Positions 39,582-50,754 are shown, numbered from the stretch's first letter. The stretch: DNA of 64,000 bases from an uncultured Armatimonadetes bacterium (GCA_963717145.1 OY970325.1:2624001-2688000); one strand, 5' to 3'. Translations and numbers: made by a program. Notes: generated by a model not told the origin, from the letters alone.

Positions 39582-40943
39582 CGAATTGCTTCACGAACGA
39601 TGTTACCGAAACGGAAACGTTGCCTCAGATAAGAATGTTACCGAAACTGAGGCATGGAGAAGATGACAACTGCATCCGTAAGAGAAGTCGTGAGGCGCAA
39701 ACGCAAAGAATATGGCAAAGCCACCAAATCGGAGAAGAAGCTGGTATTGAGTGAAGTCCAGGGATTGACCGGTTACCACAGGAAGTCGCTGGTGAGGCTG
39801 TTCGCGAAAGGAGTTCCACCAGCGAGGAGTCCAGTGAGACGCGCAAGGAAGTCGAAATACGAGCCGATAGCCCACAAGCTGAAGACACTCTGGGCTGCGA
39901 GTTTCTACGCGTGCGGTAAGCGTCTGCAGCCGTTTCTGACTGAGTTTCTACCCATACTGGAGTCATTCGGGGAGATAACGGTTACACCAGAAGAAGAGAG
40001 GCTGCTTAACTCGATCAGCGCGTCGAGCATCGACAGGTTGATGAAGAAGGAGCGGTCTGCCCTATCGCTAACAGGGAGGACCTTAACAAAGCCGGGGACA
40101 CTGCTTCGGTCTCAGATCCCGGTGAGGACGTTTGCCGACTGGGATGAAGCTGAGCCTGGGTTCTTCGAGATGGACTTGGTGGGTCATTGCGGAGGTGACG
40201 GGAGCGGAGAGTTCCTGTATACTTTGACTATGACTGATGTAGCGACCGGATGGGTAGCGCTTGATGGAATGAAAGGCCGAGGGGAGCACGGAACCGTGCT
40301 TGCGGTGCAGTCCGCGTCCAAGAGCGCACCGTTTGCAGTCAGAGGCATAGATACCGACAACGGCGGCGAGTTCATCAACCATCACATGAACAAGTACTGT
40401 CGAGCGCACAGGATCACGTTTACGCGCAGTCGGCCTTACAAGAAGAACGATCAATGTCATGTAGAGCAGAAGAACTGGAGCGTAGTCCGGCAGTTTATAG
40501 GTTACCGGCGATTCGAGACGGACGAGCAGCTTGCGGTACTAAAGGCGATATATCCGCTGATCGTGGCGTATCACAACTTCTGTCAGCCCATGATGCGTCT
40601 TAAAGAAAAGGAGCGGATTGGGAGTAAAGTGATCAAACGCTATGAGCCTGCGATGACGCCGTACCGCAAGCTGATAAGTGTTGAAGGATGGCTTGACGAT
40701 GAAGCAAAGGATCGCCTCGATAAAGAACGTAGAGCGACGAACCCGGTGGAGCTACTAAGACGCATCCACAGGCTATCATCAAAGCTTGACAGGATGCCGA
40801 ATAAAGACAGATCGAAAGCGAGCAAGGCGCGGCCCTGAGCGGCGATCAAGAGCCGATCTGACATACTTGAACACACTACTTGGTAACATTATCAATGACG
40901 CAACGAATGGCGTTTCGGTAACAAAGTTAAATGAGGCAACACG
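39582..40943 (+). mobile_element. 1362-bp IS (rve/DDE, ISNCY/IS481-like), copy 1, TSD CTAAC
   Basis: Boundaries from identity with copy 2; CTAAC at 39577-39581 and 40944-40948; imperfect IRs. Confidence 0.92.
39654..40838 (+). CDS. DDE (rve integrase-like) transposase
   Basis: PGFFEMDLVGHCG, DTDNGGEF, FTRSRPYKKND..HVEQKN. Confidence 0.92.
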   Translation: MEKMTTASVREVVRRKRKEYGKATKSEKKLVLSEVQGLTGYHRKSLVRLFAKGVPPARSPVRRARKSKYEPIAHKLKTLWAASFYACGKRLQPFLTEFLPILESFGEITVTPEEERLLNSISASSIDRLMKKERSALSLTGRTLTKPGTLLRSQIPVRTFADWDEAEPGFFEMDLVGHCGGDGSGEFLYTLTMTDVATGWVALDGMKGRGEHGTVLAVQSASKSAPFAVRGIDTDNGGEFINHHMNKYCRAHRITFTRSRPYKKNDQCHVEQKNWSVVRQFIGYRRFETDEQLAVLKAIYPLIVAYHNFCQPMMRLKEKERIGSKVIKRYEPAMTPYRKLISVEGWLDDEAKDRLDKERRATNPVELLRRIHRLSSKLDRMPNKDRSKASKARP

Positions 40944-40955
40944 CTAACCAGCGGA

Positions 40956-41732
40956 ATGGAAGTGAAAGTGTACCAACTGGCAGCATTTGACCTCGACGGA
41001 ACTCTGTTGAGGAGCGATAGCACAATCTCTGATCGAACTCTGAGCGCCCTGGAGGCCTGTCGTGCCGCCGGGATGAAGCTCATCGTCGCAACCGGGCGCT
41101 CACCAAAGACCGCGTCCATGGTGCTCCCGGAGACCTTCTCCCCGACCGGACTCGTCTGCTACAACGGCGCGCAGATATGGAACGGCGGCGGATGCCTGGC
41201 CCAGAACGCCCTCGAGCCCGACCTCGCGAAGAAGATCATCCGGGCGATACGTCGCGTGTCGCCTCAGGCGAAGCTCTACGCGGGAATAGATGACGTGTTG
41301 TACTGCGAGCATCCGAAGGACCCGGAGATCTTCCGACAGGTCACCGATCTCCCCACGCTGATCGACACGCCGGTCGCGAAGGTGGTGCTGGATGAGATGC
41401 CTACGCTCGATGCCGACCTGATCAGGGGGTGTCTTCCGGCCGGATGCCGGTTCATCATCACCTGCGGCGGGCGGCTCGGCGAGATCATGACTCCAACGGC
41501 GACGAAGGCCTGGGGACTGAGAACGCTCGCCGAGCGCTGGGGCATCGACATGAGCGAGGTGATCGCCTTCGGAGATGAGACGAACGACGCCGAGATGATC
41601 GCCGAGAGCGGGTTCGGGGTCGCGATGGCGAATGCGCATTCCGAGATCCTCGGAATCGCGGATCACGTCACCGCGTCGAACGACGAGGATGGCGTGGCTG
41701 TGATGCTGGAGGGACTACTGGCGGAGGCATGA
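40956..41732 (+). CDS. Cof-type HAD phosphatase
   Basis: DLDGTLL, ATGR, CYNGA, AFGDETND..MI, SNDEDGVA. Confidence 0.92.
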   Translation: MEVKVYQLAAFDLDGTLLRSDSTISDRTLSALEACRAAGMKLIVATGRSPKTASMVLPETFSPTGLVCYNGAQIWNGGGCLAQNALEPDLAKKIIRAIRRVSPQAKLYAGIDDVLYCEHPKDPEIFRQVTDLPTLIDTPVAKVVLDEMPTLDADLIRGCLPAGCRFIITCGGRLGEIMTPTATKAWGLRTLAERWGIDMSEVIAFGDETNDAEMIAESGFGVAMANAHSEILGIADHVTASNDEDGVAVMLEGLLAEA

Positions 41733-41733
41733 C

Positions 41734-42198
41734 TTGAGCATACTCCGATCTGCATCCAAGGTGCTGCTTTGGACTGTGATCGCTATCATGGCGCTCATCG
41801 CCCTTATGATCGGCTCGTACCTGCTCTTTGGCACCGATTGGGATCTCCACATCGGCCATGGTTACTATCTGGACAGGACCTCTTCGGAGAGGGTATGGAT
41901 GGTCGGTCCGCATCACGTGAGCATCTTGCCCAACATCGATGGCTACAAGATCTATGAGCGGATCATCGTCGGGCATGTCTCCGGACACCACAGAATCGGC
42001 AGTGGTCAGGATGCCTTCGAGAATACCCCCGGCTATTTCATCGTCGAGATAAGGACCGGCAAAGTGCATCAGGGACTGAGCGACAAAGCCTGGCTCGGGC
42101 TTCTGCGTGACTACGGAGTTACCAGACGGCCGGCGCTACACCGCCCGTCGAGGTACGACGGCTATATGAACAGGAACGTCCCGGAGAAGGAGCGCTGA
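41734..42198 (+). CDS. Membrane-anchored hypothetical protein (DUF3997-like)
   Basis: N-terminal TM; GYYL.R...I.GY...YFIV pattern; lies within an operon. Confidence 0.55.
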   Translation: MSILRSASKVLLWTVIAIMALIALMIGSYLLFGTDWDLHIGHGYYLDRTSSERVWMVGPHHVSILPNIDGYKIYERIIVGHVSGHHRIGSGQDAFENTPGYFIVEIRTGKVHQGLSDKAWLGLLRDYGVTRRPALHRPSRYDGYMNRNVPEKER

Positions 42199-42230
42199 TG
42201 GCAGACTCCCTGATCCGCCTGAGGTGACAA

Positions 42231-43345
42231 ATGGACACGCATGCACAACAAGTCGATGATCTGTGGGCGGACTTCGCTCGTAAGGAGAACACGCGAGTTC
42301 CGATCACCTTCGCGTGCGATGAGCAGTTGTGGCTCAAGGTAAGCGGTCACAGATTCCGCGAGTTCTACACCGACCCGAAGGTGCATCTGGCCGCCCAGTT
42401 GGATGGTCTGCGCTGGTTCGGCGAGAACGTCATCGGCGACATGCCGCCCGGACCGCCGGACCGATGGGTCGTCGGCGTGAGGCATTGGATGGAGGAGAAC
42501 GAATTCTTCGGCTGCGAGGTCGTCTATCAGGAGGACGATTACGCATGGGCCATGCCGTTCGATATGGAGCGGGACGACCTGCTGCGGCATCTCTCAGCCA
42601 TCGACCCGGACGAGGCCGTGCGCCGGAACAGCGCATTCCACATGTACCAGGCGCTCAAGGAACTCGCAGACGGCATGGAGTTTGCGGGCAGGCCGGTCGT
42701 TGTGGCGCGCCCCGGAGGAGGCACTCACGGCGTTTTCACCAAGGCGGCGGAGATCCGAGGGCTCGAGCAGATGTGCATCGACATGATCGACGCGCCGGAA
42801 TTCGTCGATGAGCTTCTCAGCATCGTGACCGAGAAGACGATCGACCGCATCAGGGCATGGCACAAAGTCATCGAGGGCACTGAGCCCGATCGAGCATCGC
42901 CTGTCGGATTCGGATTCGCGGACGACAGCCTGCAGATGATCTCGGGGGAATCGTACGAGCGCTTTGTCCTGCCGTATCACGAGCGACTTTATTCGGCGAT
43001 GACGACCGGGCCTCGGAGCCTGCACCTTTGCGGGCGATCGAATCAGCACTATGAGGCACTCCGCAGGAAGGCCAACGTCACCCTGATCGATGGGCCGGGA
43101 CCGTTCATCGATCATGGACGCTATCTTCGGGAGTTGGGCCCTGATTTCGCGTTCAATGCACAAACGGACCACTCGGTCCTGCGTATCGGGTCCGAGGTGG
43201 AGATCGACCGGATGATGCGCGAACTGATGACTCCCGAGGCGAAGATCCCGGCCGGTTCCAGGTCCTCGGGTATGTCACTCGCGACACACCGATCGAAAAC
43301 GTGAACGCCTGCTACAAGGCCGCGCGACGATATGGTGTCATATGA
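42231..43345 (+). CDS. Uroporphyrinogen decarboxylase-like protein (frameshift ~43250)
   Basis: IRGLEQ..DM.D.PE, ADDS..MIS..YE.FVLPYH, LHLCG; corrected C-terminus TP.ENV ends in ATGA overlap. Confidence 0.75.
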
Positions 43346-44037
43346 GAAAAGCTGTCCTGTTCGACCTGGGGAATACCCTGGCGCGGTACTACACACGGGC
43401 CCAGTGGCCGGGGGTGCTGGAGCAGTCGATCGCCAACGTGACCGACTTCCTGCGCACGGAGGGCGTTACCATTCCCAGCCATGAGGATATCTGGGCAAGT
43501 GTCGCCGAGGAGAACCACGAGGCCCCGGACTGCCGGGTCCGACCGCTCGATGGGCGTCTCTGCCGGATATTCGGGCTCGACCAGCCCCACGAACTGGCGG
43601 ATGACATGTGCCGGGCGTACCTACGGTCGACTTTCGAGATGGCACATGTTTATGAGGATACCATTCCGGTCCTGACGACGCTCCGGGAGCAAGGGATCAA
43701 GACAGCGATCGTGTCGAACTCCCCCTTTGGGAGTCCCCCCGAGCCCTGGCATCGGGAGATCGAGAGGCTCGGGCTCAGTCAGTTGGTTGGCCTGGCGGTC
43801 TTCTGCGGGGAGGTCGGCTGGCGGAAACCTGCGAGGCCGATCTTTGACCACGTGATGGATCGGCTGGGGGTCACGTCGGAGGAATGCCTCTTCGTCGGCG
43901 ACGACCCCAAGTGGGATATCGCCGGCCCGCGTGCGGTAGGCATCGAGGCGGTCTTGATCGACCGAGACGGGCTTCCGACGGAGGATTCGATCAGGAGTCT
44001 GTGGGAGTTGCTGGATCGGTCCAACTTGTCTGACTAG
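43342..44037 (+). CDS. HAD-superfamily hydrolase
   Basis: FDLGNTL, IVSN, RKP...IF, FVGD...DI.G. Confidence 0.9.
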   Translation: MRKAVLFDLGNTLARYYTRAQWPGVLEQSIANVTDFLRTEGVTIPSHEDIWASVAEENHEAPDCRVRPLDGRLCRIFGLDQPHELADDMCRAYLRSTFEMAHVYEDTIPVLTTLREQGIKTAIVSNSPFGSPPEPWHREIERLGLSQLVGLAVFCGEVGWRKPARPIFDHVMDRLGVTSEECLFVGDDPKWDIAGPRAVGIEAVLIDRDGLPTEDSIRSLWELLDRSNLSD

Positions 44038-44082
44038 TGTGACCGATCCGAGTACGATTACGAGTACGAGAAGGAGAAAAGG

Positions 44083-44715
44083 ATGAAACCGCTTATCGAG
44101 AAAGAAGCCGTGGTGCTTTTTCAGGGCGACAGCATCACGGATGCCGGACGCAATCGGGAGGAGGGCAATGACCTCGGACGGGGATACGCTCTGTTCACCG
44201 CCGGGTTGTTCCGTGCGACGCACCCGGAGCTGGATGTCACCTTCCTCAACCGCGGGATCGGCGGCAACACGATCCGCGACCTCGATGCCCGATGGGACGC
44301 CGACTGCCTCGAACTGAAGCCGAAGTGGCTCTCGGTCCTCGTCGGGATCAACGACGCCGCCGGACGGTATCACCACGACCGGACCATCAGCATCGATGAA
44401 TTCGAGACGACCTACGGGAATATGCTTCGGAAGGCGGTGGACTGCTCCGTCAGCCGGATTGTGCTGATCGAGCCGTTCGTGCTGCCGACCGATCCGACGC
44501 GCGTTCAGTGGCGGGAGGACCTCGACCCGAAGATCGAAGCGGTCCGACGGCTCGCCCGGGAGTTCCAGGCGCTCCTGATCCCGACGGACGGACTGTTCGC
44601 TCAGGCCGCTGCACAAACCGATCTGGAGTACTGGATGCCGGATGGAGTGCATCCGACTCCGGCGGGGCACGCGCTCATGGCACAGGCATGGCTGAGGGCG
44701 GTACGAGCATTGTGA
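44083..44715 (+). CDS. SGNH/GDSL hydrolase
   Basis: FQGDSITDAGR, NRGIGG, GIND, DGVHP. Confidence 0.93.
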   Translation: MKPLIEKEAVVLFQGDSITDAGRNREEGNDLGRGYALFTAGLFRATHPELDVTFLNRGIGGNTIRDLDARWDADCLELKPKWLSVLVGINDAAGRYHHDRTISIDEFETTYGNMLRKAVDCSVSRIVLIEPFVLPTDPTRVQWREDLDPKIEAVRRLAREFQALLIPTDGLFAQAAAQTDLEYWMPDGVHPTPAGHALMAQAWLRAVRAL

Positions 44716-44802
44716 GCGGACTGGGTCATCCCTTGGCGCTCTTGGCGTCTTGGCGGTTCGGTGGTTGTTGAGTATGAGTATGAGTATGAGTAGGAAGCAA
44801 GA

Positions 44803-45465
44803 GTGGTAAGAGGAATCATCTTCGATCTTGATGGCACGCTGGGGGATACGCTGCCGGTCTGTTTCGCAGCATTTCGACGCGTGTTCGAGCGGCGTCTCGG
44901 GCAGACGTTCACCGACGAAGAGATCACCCTCATGTTCGGCCCGAACGAGGAGGGGATCATCCGAGCGCGTCTCCCCAGGGATTACGCCGAAGCCATCGAG
45001 GAGTTCATTGTGGAGTATGAGCGGGCACACGACCTCTGCACCGAGCCGTTCGCCGGCATCGAGGAGGCGCTCGCACTCCTGAGCGATCGAGGGGTGCGGC
45101 TCGGGCTGGTCACCGGCAAGGGCCCGAGGAGCGCGGAGATATCCCTCAAATATCTCCGCATCGCTCACTACTTCGATGCCATCCGCGCGGGCTCCTCCGA
45201 CGGTGACCGCAAACCGGCCGGGATCCGTGAGATGATCGCCAGGTGGGGATTGCCCCCGGAAGAGGTGGCATACGTTGGAGACATGGTATCCGACATGCAG
45301 TCGGCTCGCGAGGCGGGAGTGATGGCGCTCGCGGCGGCATGGGCTGATACTGCGGACACCGAGGCACTCGCCGCCACTCACCCGGATCAGCTCTTCACGA
45401 GCGTCGGCGACTTCGTGGAATGGGTCCTTCGGAGTGGTAAGAGTTCACGATCATTGATAATCTGA
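44803..45465 (+). CDS. HAD-superfamily hydrolase (C-terminus altered by IS66)
   Basis: FDLDGTL, VTGK, KP, YVGD..SDM..A..AG. Confidence 0.9.
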   Translation: MVRGIIFDLDGTLGDTLPVCFAAFRRVFERRLGQTFTDEEITLMFGPNEEGIIRARLPRDYAEAIEEFIVEYERAHDLCTEPFAGIEEALALLSDRGVRLGLVTGKGPRSAEISLKYLRIAHYFDAIRAGSSDGDRKPAGIREMIARWGLPPEEVAYVGDMVSDMQSAREAGVMALAAAWADTADTEALAATHPDQLFTSVGDFVEWVLRSGKSSRSLII

Positions 45466-46936
45466 GGAAGGTACCCCAGGATCGGCTGTCGAATGGTAGG
45501 TTGTGAACGATCTCGGCAACCTATCAAGAGAAGAACTGATCGGCATCGTCTTGGAGCAGCACCAGGCGATCCGAGAGCAGCATCAGGCCGTCCTGGAGTT
45601 GCGTGAAGGTGTAGACACCCTGACCGAACGCGTCCGAGCGCTTGAGAAGGAGAATGAAGAACTCCGGTCCAAGCTCGGTGGCGGCGGCAGGACGATACCT
45701 GCCTTTGTGAAGGCAAACCGGCCCGAGCGCAAGAAGAAGGATCGCAAGAAGCGGCAGAAGTCGTTTGCCCGCTTGAGGGAGACCCCCACGGAGATCGTGG
45801 AGCACGCGCTCGACACCTGTCCCGACTGCGGCAGGAAGCTCTCCGGCGGCACGATGCATCACAGCCGGCAGGTGATCGAGATACCGGTGATGCCGGTCAG
45901 GATCATCGAGCACCTGGTGATCGGACGGTACTGCGGAGTCTGCCACAAGATACACGTGCCGAAGCTCGACCTCTCCGAAGAGGTGGTCGGGACACACCGG
46001 GTGGGCATCCGGCTGATGAGCCTGGTGAGCTATCTCCACACGGTCGGTAGAATGCCGGTCGAGCGTGTGCAGAAGCTTCTGGAATCACTCTACGGTCTGC
46101 ATCTCGGGCGCGGAGAGATCACAAAGATACTACATACGGTAGCATCCATGGGGAAGTCGGAGGTAGAGAAGCTTCTTCATGCGGTGCGGGGAAGCCCTGC
46201 GGTGAACGCGGATGAGACCGGCTGGCGGGAAGACGGGAGGAACGGATACATCTGGAGCTTCTCGACGCCACGCGTGCGCTACTTCATCCGAGACAAGAGT
46301 CGGAGCGGAGAGGTCGCAAAGGATGTGCTGGGAGAGGACTACGGCGGTGTAGTCGTAAGCGACTTCTACTGCGGTTACAACGTGCTCTTGGGGCGGCATC
46401 AGCGGTGCTGGGTGCACTACCTGCGGGACTTGCGAACGCTCGTCGAGGCGAACCCTGACAAGAGAGGGGTAGCAGTCTGGGTCGGCAAGGTCAAGGCCGT
46501 TTACAGACGCGCGAAGAGATATTCGAACGAGGAGTCGAAGGCTCGGCACGAGCAGCGGATCGCATTCGAGGAAGAGTTGTATCGGCTCGCCAGGCCATAC
46601 CTGAAGCGGGATGTTCCCCAGCGGATACTGGCTCAGCGGATCGAGAGGTTCCTGCCGGAGCTGTTTGTCTTCGTAGAATGTCCGGAAGTACCAAGCGAGA
46701 ACAACGCGGCCGAGCGAGCGATCCGGCCTGCGGTAACGGCTCGCAAGATCAGCGGCGGCACACGGTCGGCCAAGGGATCTGAGACCCGCATGGCGCTGAT
46801 GAGTCTATTCGGGACCTGGCACTTGCGTGGTGAAGATGCGATGGAGTCATGCCGGCGGATGCTCATGGGCGTTCCTCAGACACCCGCGACCGATCCAGCC
46901 TGACAAACTTCACTATCAACGATCGTGAACTCTTTC
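45437..46936 (+). mobile_element. 1500-bp single-ORF IS66-family element, TSD TCGGAGTG
   Basis: IRL gtaagagttcacgatcattgata, IRR tatcaacgatcgtgaactctttc; 8-bp duplication at 45429-45436 and 46937-46944. Confidence 0.93.
45503..46903 (+). CDS. IS66 transposase (TnpC-like)
   Basis: Leucine zipper, CPDCG..C..C zinc finger, ADETGW, SDFY..Y, QRCWVHYLRD, NNAAERAIR...RKISGG. Confidence 0.93.
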   Translation: MNDLGNLSREELIGIVLEQHQAIREQHQAVLELREGVDTLTERVRALEKENEELRSKLGGGGRTIPAFVKANRPERKKKDRKKRQKSFARLRETPTEIVEHALDTCPDCGRKLSGGTMHHSRQVIEIPVMPVRIIEHLVIGRYCGVCHKIHVPKLDLSEEVVGTHRVGIRLMSLVSYLHTVGRMPVERVQKLLESLYGLHLGRGEITKILHTVASMGKSEVEKLLHAVRGSPAVNADETGWREDGRNGYIWSFSTPRVRYFIRDKSRSGEVAKDVLGEDYGGVVVSDFYCGYNVLLGRHQRCWVHYLRDLRTLVEANPDKRGVAVWVGKVKAVYRRAKRYSNEESKARHEQRIAFEEELYRLARPYLKRDVPQRILAQRIERFLPELFVFVECPEVPSENNAAERAIRPAVTARKISGGTRSAKGSETRMALMSLFGTWHLRGEDAMESCRRMLMGVPQTPATDPA

Positions 46937-47027
46937 TCGGAGTGCGGTGGCTTGACACCGCCTTTGCATCATGAACGCTCAAACGATCACGCTCCGGAAG
47001 AGCGTGTCAAGCCACCGCACTCCGAAG
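46937..47027. repeat. REP-like palindrome that was the IS66 target
   Basis: tcggagtgcggtggcttgacac...gtgtcaagccaccgcactccga. Confidence 0.85.
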
Positions 47028-48167
47028 TCAGTCCACTCTGAAGAATCGGCAGCAGCGAAGGCAGATCGGGAAGCCTTTCGACTTCAACAGGCGCTTCCGA
47101 TGCCCGCGGAAAGCCTCGTTGTTCCATATTCTCGTCAGCGGCTCCAGAGTCACGTTACCAGTGATCATCCCCGGGCAAGCTTCCACGTCACCGTTAGGGA
47201 GTATGCTGACCCCCATCCACGCGCACGCGGGAGTGCCGCGCTTGATCCAGCGATTCAGGTCGCCATACCATGTGCGAACGTCCGCGGAGTCGAGCAGCGG
47301 ATGCGTCCCGATGTACTGACTCCCGGAAACGCGTCCGAGCCGGCGGATCCGGTCCACCGCCTGACCAAGTTCTTCGGCATCGACTTCGGGCGGCTCCATT
47401 CCGCCCATCTCCTCATAGGACATCGGGTGAACGTCTCGAAATAGCCTATTGTGCGCCTCAACCATCTCTGAGTTGAGCACCCACTGGTACTGGAAGTTCA
47501 TCACGTCCACGCCGAGGTCGCGCGCGATCCCCGGCATCTCCTCTATCGAACTGTGGTTGTACGGAGTCACGGCGCAGTTGATGACCGTCGAAGGCAGGCG
47601 GGTATTCTTCAGCAGCTTGATCGACTGAATCGCCTTCACTCCGACACAAGCCCTGTCGAAGGTACCCTTCGTTCCGCGAATCTCGTCGTGGACCTCCGCC
47701 GGACCGTCGATCGACACCGCAATCATGTTCGGTGGGCATTCCATCAGGTCGGCGGCCTGCTTCGGGAGCATCGCACCGTTGGTCGTGACCGTGCACGTCA
47801 GGCCCTTGTGCCGTATGTACCGGACCAGTTCGCTGAGATGCGGATAGAGGAGCGGCTCGCCGCCGGTCAGGGTAATGTATGGGCGGAAATGGGCCACATC
47901 GTCAACGACGGCCTTCCACTTATCGAGCGATAGACTATCCGATATGTGGTTCATCACCTGTCCGCTCTCATTGAAGGCGCACATCTTGCATCGTAGATTA
48001 CAGGCTAGGGTCAGCTTCAGGGTGACGTGGCGCGGGTATCGGCTGATCCCGTCGGTCCGCCTGTGCTCGAACCACAGCATCGTCTCGCGCCAACGATTGC
48101 GGAAGTACAGGCTGACCAGGTCGGGATGATATCTGAAGACGCCGGCGAAGTATCGCACGGTGGACAT
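47028..48167 (-). CDS. Radical SAM protein with SPASM/twitch domain
   Basis: CNLRCKMC, TGGEPLL, SIDG...HDEIRG, C...GDVEAC...C.RCC. Confidence 0.9.
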   Translation of the reverse strand: MSTVRYFAGVFRYHPDLVSLYFRNRWRETMLWFEHRRTDGISRYPRHVTLKLTLACNLRCKMCAFNESGQVMNHISDSLSLDKWKAVVDDVAHFRPYITLTGGEPLLYPHLSELVRYIRHKGLTCTVTTNGAMLPKQAADLMECPPNMIAVSIDGPAEVHDEIRGTKGTFDRACVGVKAIQSIKLLKNTRLPSTVINCAVTPYNHSSIEEMPGIARDLGVDVMNFQYQWVLNSEMVEAHNRLFRDVHPMSYEEMGGMEPPEVDAEELGQAVDRIRRLGRVSGSQYIGTHPLLDSADVRTWYGDLNRWIKRGTPACAWMGVSILPNGDVEACPGMITGNVTLEPLTRIWNNEAFRGHRKRLLKSKGFPICLRCCRFFRVD

Positions 48168-48420
48168 TATGTTCATCGGTGAGCTACACTCTTTTCAGGC
48201 CGGCGCCGGAACGGGACGGCGGCCGTTCCCTACATGTCAGTATTCGACCCGCACCGGGCTTGCTTCCTGCATCGGAGACCAAGTCGATTGCAGGATTCAT
48301 GTAGTGGCCGTGCCTCCGTGCCGGCCTTGCGATGCCGGATGGCCGGCACGGAGGCACGGCCACTACATGCCGTGTGCGATTACGAGTACGAGTAGGATTC
48401 GCGAGCGGAAGGAGACACAC

Positions 48421-49053
48421 ATGCTTATCCAAGACAACGCGGTCGTCTTGTTCCAGGGCGACAGCATCACCGACGCCGGTCGGGGAAGAGGGGACGACTC
48501 GAACCTCGGTTCGGGATACGCGAACATGGTCGCCGCGTGGTTCTCAGCCATGCACCCCGAGAGGAACGTCCGCTTCATCAACCGCGGGATCAGCGGGAAC
48601 CGGGTGAAAGACCTGGAGGCCCGCTGGAAGGAAGACTGCCTCGACCTGCAGCCGACCTGGCTCTCGATCATGATCGGGATCAACGATGTCTGGCGCAGGT
48701 ACGACAGCGGCGATCCGACTTCCGCCGAGGAGTTCGAGGCGAGCTATCGGCGCATCCTTACGCGGGTGAAGGAAGACACCTGCGACCCACGGCTCATCAT
48801 CCTCGAGCCGTTCGTCCTGCCGACTCCACCTGACCGGATCACCTGGCGCGAGGACCTCGATCCGAAGATCCAGATCGCACGAACGATGGCCCGGGAGTTC
48901 GGGGCGATCTACGTGCCGCTCGACGGCATATTCGCGGCGGCGTCGGTCCATCGTGAACCCGCATTCTGGGCGGGCGACGGCGTCCACCCCACCCCGTCCG
49001 GCCACGCGCTCATCGCGCAGAAGTGGCTGGAAGCGGTCAACAGTGAACGGTAG
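48421..49053 (+). CDS. SGNH/GDSL hydrolase (paralog of 44083)
   Basis: FQGDSITDAGR, NRGISGN, GINDVW, DGVHP. Confidence 0.93.
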   Translation: MLIQDNAVVLFQGDSITDAGRGRGDDSNLGSGYANMVAAWFSAMHPERNVRFINRGISGNRVKDLEARWKEDCLDLQPTWLSIMIGINDVWRRYDSGDPTSAEEFEASYRRILTRVKEDTCDPRLIILEPFVLPTPPDRITWREDLDPKIQIARTMAREFGAIYVPLDGIFAAASVHREPAFWAGDGVHPTPSGHALIAQKWLEAVNSER

Positions 49054-49137
49054 ACGGTGAACAGTGAACGGTCAGAGGGGACGGCGTTTCCGCCGTCCCC
49101 TCTCTTTGTACTTTGTACTCCGGTACTCTGTACTTCC

Positions 49138-50385
49138 CTACACCCAGCCGCGGAGTTTCATCGCCTCGGCGACACGCTGGATCGAGACCATGTAGGCCGC
49201 GACGCGCATGTTCACCTTGTGCTCGATGCTCATCGCCAGCACATCGCTGAACGCCTTCGTCATCTTCTTGTCGAGCTTCACGTGGACCTCATCCTCCTCC
49301 CAGTAGTAGGCGCTGAAGTTCTGCACCCACTCGAAGTAGGAGACGGTCACGCCGCCGGCGTTCGCCAGGAAGTCAGGAACGAAGAACACGCCGTTCTTGT
49401 GGAGGATCTCGTCCGCCTCGGGGGTCTGCGGGCCGTTTGCCAGCTCGATGGAGACCTTCGCCTTGATTTTCGCCGCGTTCTTGTCGGTGATCACGTTCTC
49501 CAGCGCCGACGGGAACAGCACGTCGACCGCCAGTTCCAGGATCTCCGTGTTGGAGATCGGCTTGCTGCCGGGGAATCCGACAACCGAGCCGGTCTTGTTT
49601 TTGTGCTCCAGAACCGCATCGGCATCGAGGCCGGCCTCGTTGATGATGCCACCCTTGGAATCGGTGACCGCGATGACCTTGGTGCCGAACAACTCGGTCA
49701 CGAGCTTGGCCGCGTAGTAGCCGGCGTTGCCGAAGCCCTGCACCGCCGCAGTCGCCTTGCCCAAGTCGATGCCGAGGTGCTTCGCAGCCTCACGCAGGCA
49801 GTACATTCCGCCGCGAGCGGTCGCATCGCCGCGACCCGCCGAGCCGCCGAGCGCAATCGGCTTGCCGGTGATGACGCCCGGGGAGTAGTAGCCCCGCTGC
49901 TTGCTGAACTCGTCCATCATCCAGGCCATCATCTGGGGATTGGTGTAGACGTCCGGCGCGGGGATGTCGGTCTCAGGGCCGATGAGCCGGCCGACCTGGC
50001 CGACGTACGCGCGGCTGAGCCTCTCCAGCTCGTTATCGGACATCTCCTTGGGGTTGCAGATGACACCGCCCTTGCCGCCGCCGAGCGGGATGTCGACCAC
50101 GGCGCACTTCCAGGTCATCCATGCCGCGAGCGCGCGGACGGTGTCGATCGTCTCCTCGGGATGGAATCGGATGCCGCCCTTGTTGGGGCCGCGGGCGTCG
50201 TTGTACTGAACACGGAAGCCCTTGAAGACCTTCACGCTGCCGTTGTCCATCCTGACGGGAAGCGAAACGTGCAGTTCGCGCATCGGTTCGCGCAGGACTG
50301 CGTGAACTCCGGGATCCAACTTAAGCTTCTCGGCCGCAGTATCGAGCTGGGCCTGTGCGATTTCGAACGGATTTGTCGTTGCCAT
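49138..50385 (-). CDS. gdhA: Glutamate dehydrogenase
   Basis: [48 protein letters not shown]. Confidence 0.95.
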   Translation of the reverse strand: MATTNPFEIAQAQLDTAAEKLKLDPGVHAVLREPMRELHVSLPVRMDNGSVKVFKGFRVQYNDARGPNKGGIRFHPEETIDTVRALAAWMTWKCAVVDIPLGGGKGGVICNPKEMSDNELERLSRAYVGQVGRLIGPETDIPAPDVYTNPQMMAWMMDEFSKQRGYYSPGVITGKPIALGGSAGRGDATARGGMYCLREAAKHLGIDLGKATAAVQGFGNAGYYAAKLVTELFGTKVIAVTDSKGGIINEAGLDADAVLEHKNKTGSVVGFPGSKPISNTEILELAVDVLFPSALENVITDKNAAKIKAKVSIELANGPQTPEADEILHKNGVFFVPDFLANAGGVTVSYFEWVQNFSAYYWEEDEVHVKLDKKMTKAFSDVLAMSIEHKVNMRVAAYMVSIQRVAEAMKLRGWV

Positions 50386-50719
50386 TAGTTCCTCCAGGAA
50401 ACAGGGAGGCACTTGAGCAAGGTGTGGCCACTCGTGCTCGTATGCCTTCACCTGCCGTTTAGTCTGTGAGATTACCCATCGAGTGCCTTGAGGACTTGGG
50501 TTCCATAGGCGTGATGGGGTGGTGCAAGACACAACCATTGTGCCGCAAGTTCGCAGTCTGAACCAGCGATATGACAGACCGACGAACTGCTCTCTGCCTC
50601 TTCGTCGAATGCAGGTTGAGTCGCTATTGACCGATGGGCGCTCCGTCGCTGCCCAGGTGCTCATGCACCATTCACGCGCGTCTTCGCACAGGGGCTCGCT
50701 GTCATTGCGAGCGGCTGTC

Positions 50720-50749
50720 AGTATAGCAACTTGAACCGACTTCGGTCAA
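50720..50749 (-). promoter_or_regulatory. Predicted gdh promoter TTGACC-18-TATACT with extended TG
   Basis: Minus strand ttgacc...tgcTATACT. Confidence 0.6.
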
Positions 50750-50754
50750 GAGCG

